A stretch of 64,000 nt of DNA from Limnothrix sp. BL-A-16 (GTDB lineage: Bacteria; Cyanobacteriota; Cyanobacteriia; CACIAM-69d). Shown here in pieces: positions 63,638-64,000 of the stretch; positions within the stretch are counted from its first letter, which is position 1; every line of letters starts with the position of its first letter. Under the pieces are notes generated by a model. That model was given only the letters and a program-made list of their open reading frames with translations. It had not been told where the DNA came from and did not search any database. The position numbers and the translations under genes are program-made. Where the stretch lies: the NCBI GenBank assembly GCA_041937175.2, contig CP166615.1, positions 928,001-992,000 of the forward strand, read 5' to 3'.

Positions 63638-64000
63638 TCACTGAATGTAGCCTGTTTTGGCTTGTTGAGCGTAGCTGCGAATCACCGAATTTTGCGTGCT
63701 GGGATGCTTCAGCCACTTTTCCAAAATAGCCACTGCTTGTTTGTTATTCAGTGACCAATGCCCTAATCCGTGAATAGCAGAAACGATCGCATTGCCGTTT
63801 TTGCTATATAGGGCTTCGCTCATAACTTCTAACCCTGCTTGGATGACAGATGGGGCAGTATAACCAGGATGCAGCACAAAAAGATCCCAGAACATGTAGC
63901 ACAAATAAGATAGCCGATCACCCTCGGGGGTAGAACCAATCACCTGGATTGATTTATCTGAAACAAAGCAGTATCGATCGAAGTAATGGCGGTAAAGATA
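63638..64000 (-). CDS. Hypothetical protein, 5'-partial
   Basis: Frame open from the window end (YLYRHYFDRYC...CYMFWD...SAIHGLGHW). Confidence 0.65.
   Translation of the reverse strand, partial: YLYRHYFDRYCFVSDKSIQVIGSTPEGDRLSYLCYMFWDLFVLHPGYTAPSVIQAGLEVMSEALYSKNGNAIVSAIHGLGHWSLNNKQAVAILEKWLKHPSTQNSVIRSYAQQAKTGYIQ

Larger units (their letters stand above)
1..64000. repeat. Dispersed HIP1 octamer GCGATCGC, often as GGCGATCGCC
   Basis: Very frequent throughout (e.g. 1443, 2610, 5388, 15111, 22292); a cyanobacterial hallmark. Confidence 0.95.

Overview
Cyanobacterial chromosome segment (dense HIP1 GCGATCGC sites, Rubisco-activase-like gene, cyanobacteriochrome [CBCR] sensors). In order: the 3' part of a phototaxis-type chemosensory cluster (acidic CheW, soluble 4-GAF CBCR chemoreceptor, CheA broken by frameshift(s) at C-runs); a secreted hypothetical protein; a beta-hydroxyacid dehydrogenase divergent from an activase-like AAA+ gene; a small minus-strand defence-like island (PD-(D/E)XK nuclease, NACHT NTPase, HepT/MNT toxin-antitoxin) bordered by REP-like palindromes; rpmH-rnpA-PH-yidC-jag-yceD; housekeeping genes (lipA, pyrB, holA, lgt, purM, rlpA, nadA, glgC, aspS); an orphan cheB; an intact, intein-free dnaE; a valS carrying a membrane-anchoring CAAD insert; a 2029-aa CBS/PAS/GAF hybrid kinase with a DXCF CBCR beside a probable far-red CBCR; a 131-bp MITE; a 55-bp tandem array; a DUF2231-DUF2231-ctaC-ctaD-ctaE-GMC oxidoreductase operon whose subunit II lacks CuA ligands; and a Uma2 nuclease. 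No rRNA, tRNA or CRISPR array was recognised. All family calls come from motifs read by eye; no searches were run.
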